Source: Betaproteobacteria bacterium (GTDB lineage Bacteria > Pseudomonadota > Gammaproteobacteria > Burkholderiales > SG8-41). Taken from it: a stretch of DNA of 64,000 nucleotides. The notes beneath the pieces were generated by a model. It made no database searches. It was given only the letters and a program-made list of their open reading frames with translations, and had not been told where the DNA came from. Location of the stretch: NCBI GenBank assembly GCA_947486575.1, contig CANKUB010000006.1, positions 2,455 through 66,454 of the forward strand, written 5' to 3'. Made by a program: the position numbers and the translations under genes. Below are positions 63,444 through 64,000 of this stretch, in pieces (position 1 is the first letter of the stretch; every line of letters begins with the position of its first letter).

Positions 63444-64000
63444 TCATGCTCTTGGCGCCAGTGCCGCCGCGTACTGTCCCGCCAATCGTCCCGATGTAAA
63501 TCCCCAGCCGATGTGATTGCCATGGCCCTTCAACAGTAAACCGCCCTGTCCGGTAGCACCTGCGGCGTACAGGCGGGGTATTGGCACATCCCCCTTGCCC
63601 AGCACTTGCAGACTCGTATTGATAGCCAGACCGCCGTCGGTGTAATTAATGTAATTCTTCACCGGCCCCAATACCACGTACGGCCCATCACCCAATGGCG
63701 GACGCTCGCCGCGTCCTGGCGGGCCTTCGCCGGCATTGTAAGTCGCCACAGTTTGTTTCAATACGGCGGCGTCCATACCCAACTCGCGCGCCACGTCATC
63801 CAGCGTGTCACCGCGCCGCACCAGGTCCGGACGCGTTCTTTCGTAGTCCTGCAAATAAGCAAAGGCGACACCCGGCGCAGTAGACACATAATCCGGCCAT
63901 TGCGTGAATTTTTTTGCCACCCTTGCATCGCCCAGTACATAGCCCATGCCTTTGGGCTGCAGCGCCAGCTCAAATACCATGCGCTGGGTTTCATCCGCGA
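63444..64000 (-). CDS. FAD-dependent oxidoreductase, C-terminal part (N-terminus outside the window)
   Basis: The frame stays open to the window edge (..ADETQRMVFELALQ..). The C-terminal motif IPRLYAAGATGQGG resembles that of the FAD protein at 41445..42848. Confidence 0.7.
   Translation of the reverse strand, partial: ADETQRMVFELALQPKGMGYVLGDARVAKKFTQWPDYVSTAPGVAFAYLQDYERTRPDLVRRGDTLDDVARELGMDAAVLKQTVATYNAGEGPPGRGERPPLGDGPYVVLGPVKNYINYTDGGLAINTSLQVLGKGDVPIPRLYAAGATGQGGLLLKGHGNHIGWGFTSGRLAGQYAAALAPRA

Noticed and set aside
34900-64000. A genomic island integrated at tRNA-Ser.
   Set aside because: I found no integrase, transposase, phage or conjugation gene, and no direct repeat of the tRNA 3' end. 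Gene content (Bug, PrpD, acyl-CoA enzymes) is the same on both sides of the tRNA.

Overview
This is a GC-rich, densely coding chromosomal window. It probably comes from a Burkholderiales-type betaproteobacterium, inferred only from the large expansion of Bug/TctC receptor genes. I support about 60 protein-coding genes, one pseudogene remnant and one tRNA-Ser(GGA). I saw no rRNA, CRISPR array, transposase, integrase or phage genes. Accessory carboxylate and acyl-CoA catabolism dominates: 18 Bug/TctC-type periplasmic receptor genes plus one remnant, and 6 MmgE/PrpD paralogs. These are interleaved with acyl-CoA dehydrogenases, a crotonase, split MaoC hydratases, an NDP-forming acyl-CoA synthetase, CoA-transferases, thiolase-like/DUF35 genes, Asp/Glu-racemase-superfamily genes, FAD oxidoreductases and amidohydrolases. 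No TTT membrane subunit (TctA/TctB) and no one-component transcription factor is visible. The only regulators are an SLC5-domain histidine kinase with a REC-only partner, encoded directly behind acs, and an orphan OmpR-type response regulator next to a DUF4212/SSS permease. The observations most worth following up are listed here. (a) A thiolase-like/DUF35/thiolase-like module whose thiolase-like proteins lack the nucleophilic Cys. (b) An operon pairing a two-Cys and a zero-Cys maleate-isomerase-like protein with an FAD enzyme. (c) A hydantoinase, an unknown 117-aa protein and a COG0523 GTPase joined by GTGA overlaps. (d) A 15-gene co-directional orphan acyl-CoA operon with a probable heteromeric ACAD and a split hydratase. 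(e) A Tat-signal alpha/beta-fold protein with its nucleophile Ser replaced by Ala. All family calls come from motif reading by eye. No database search was possible.
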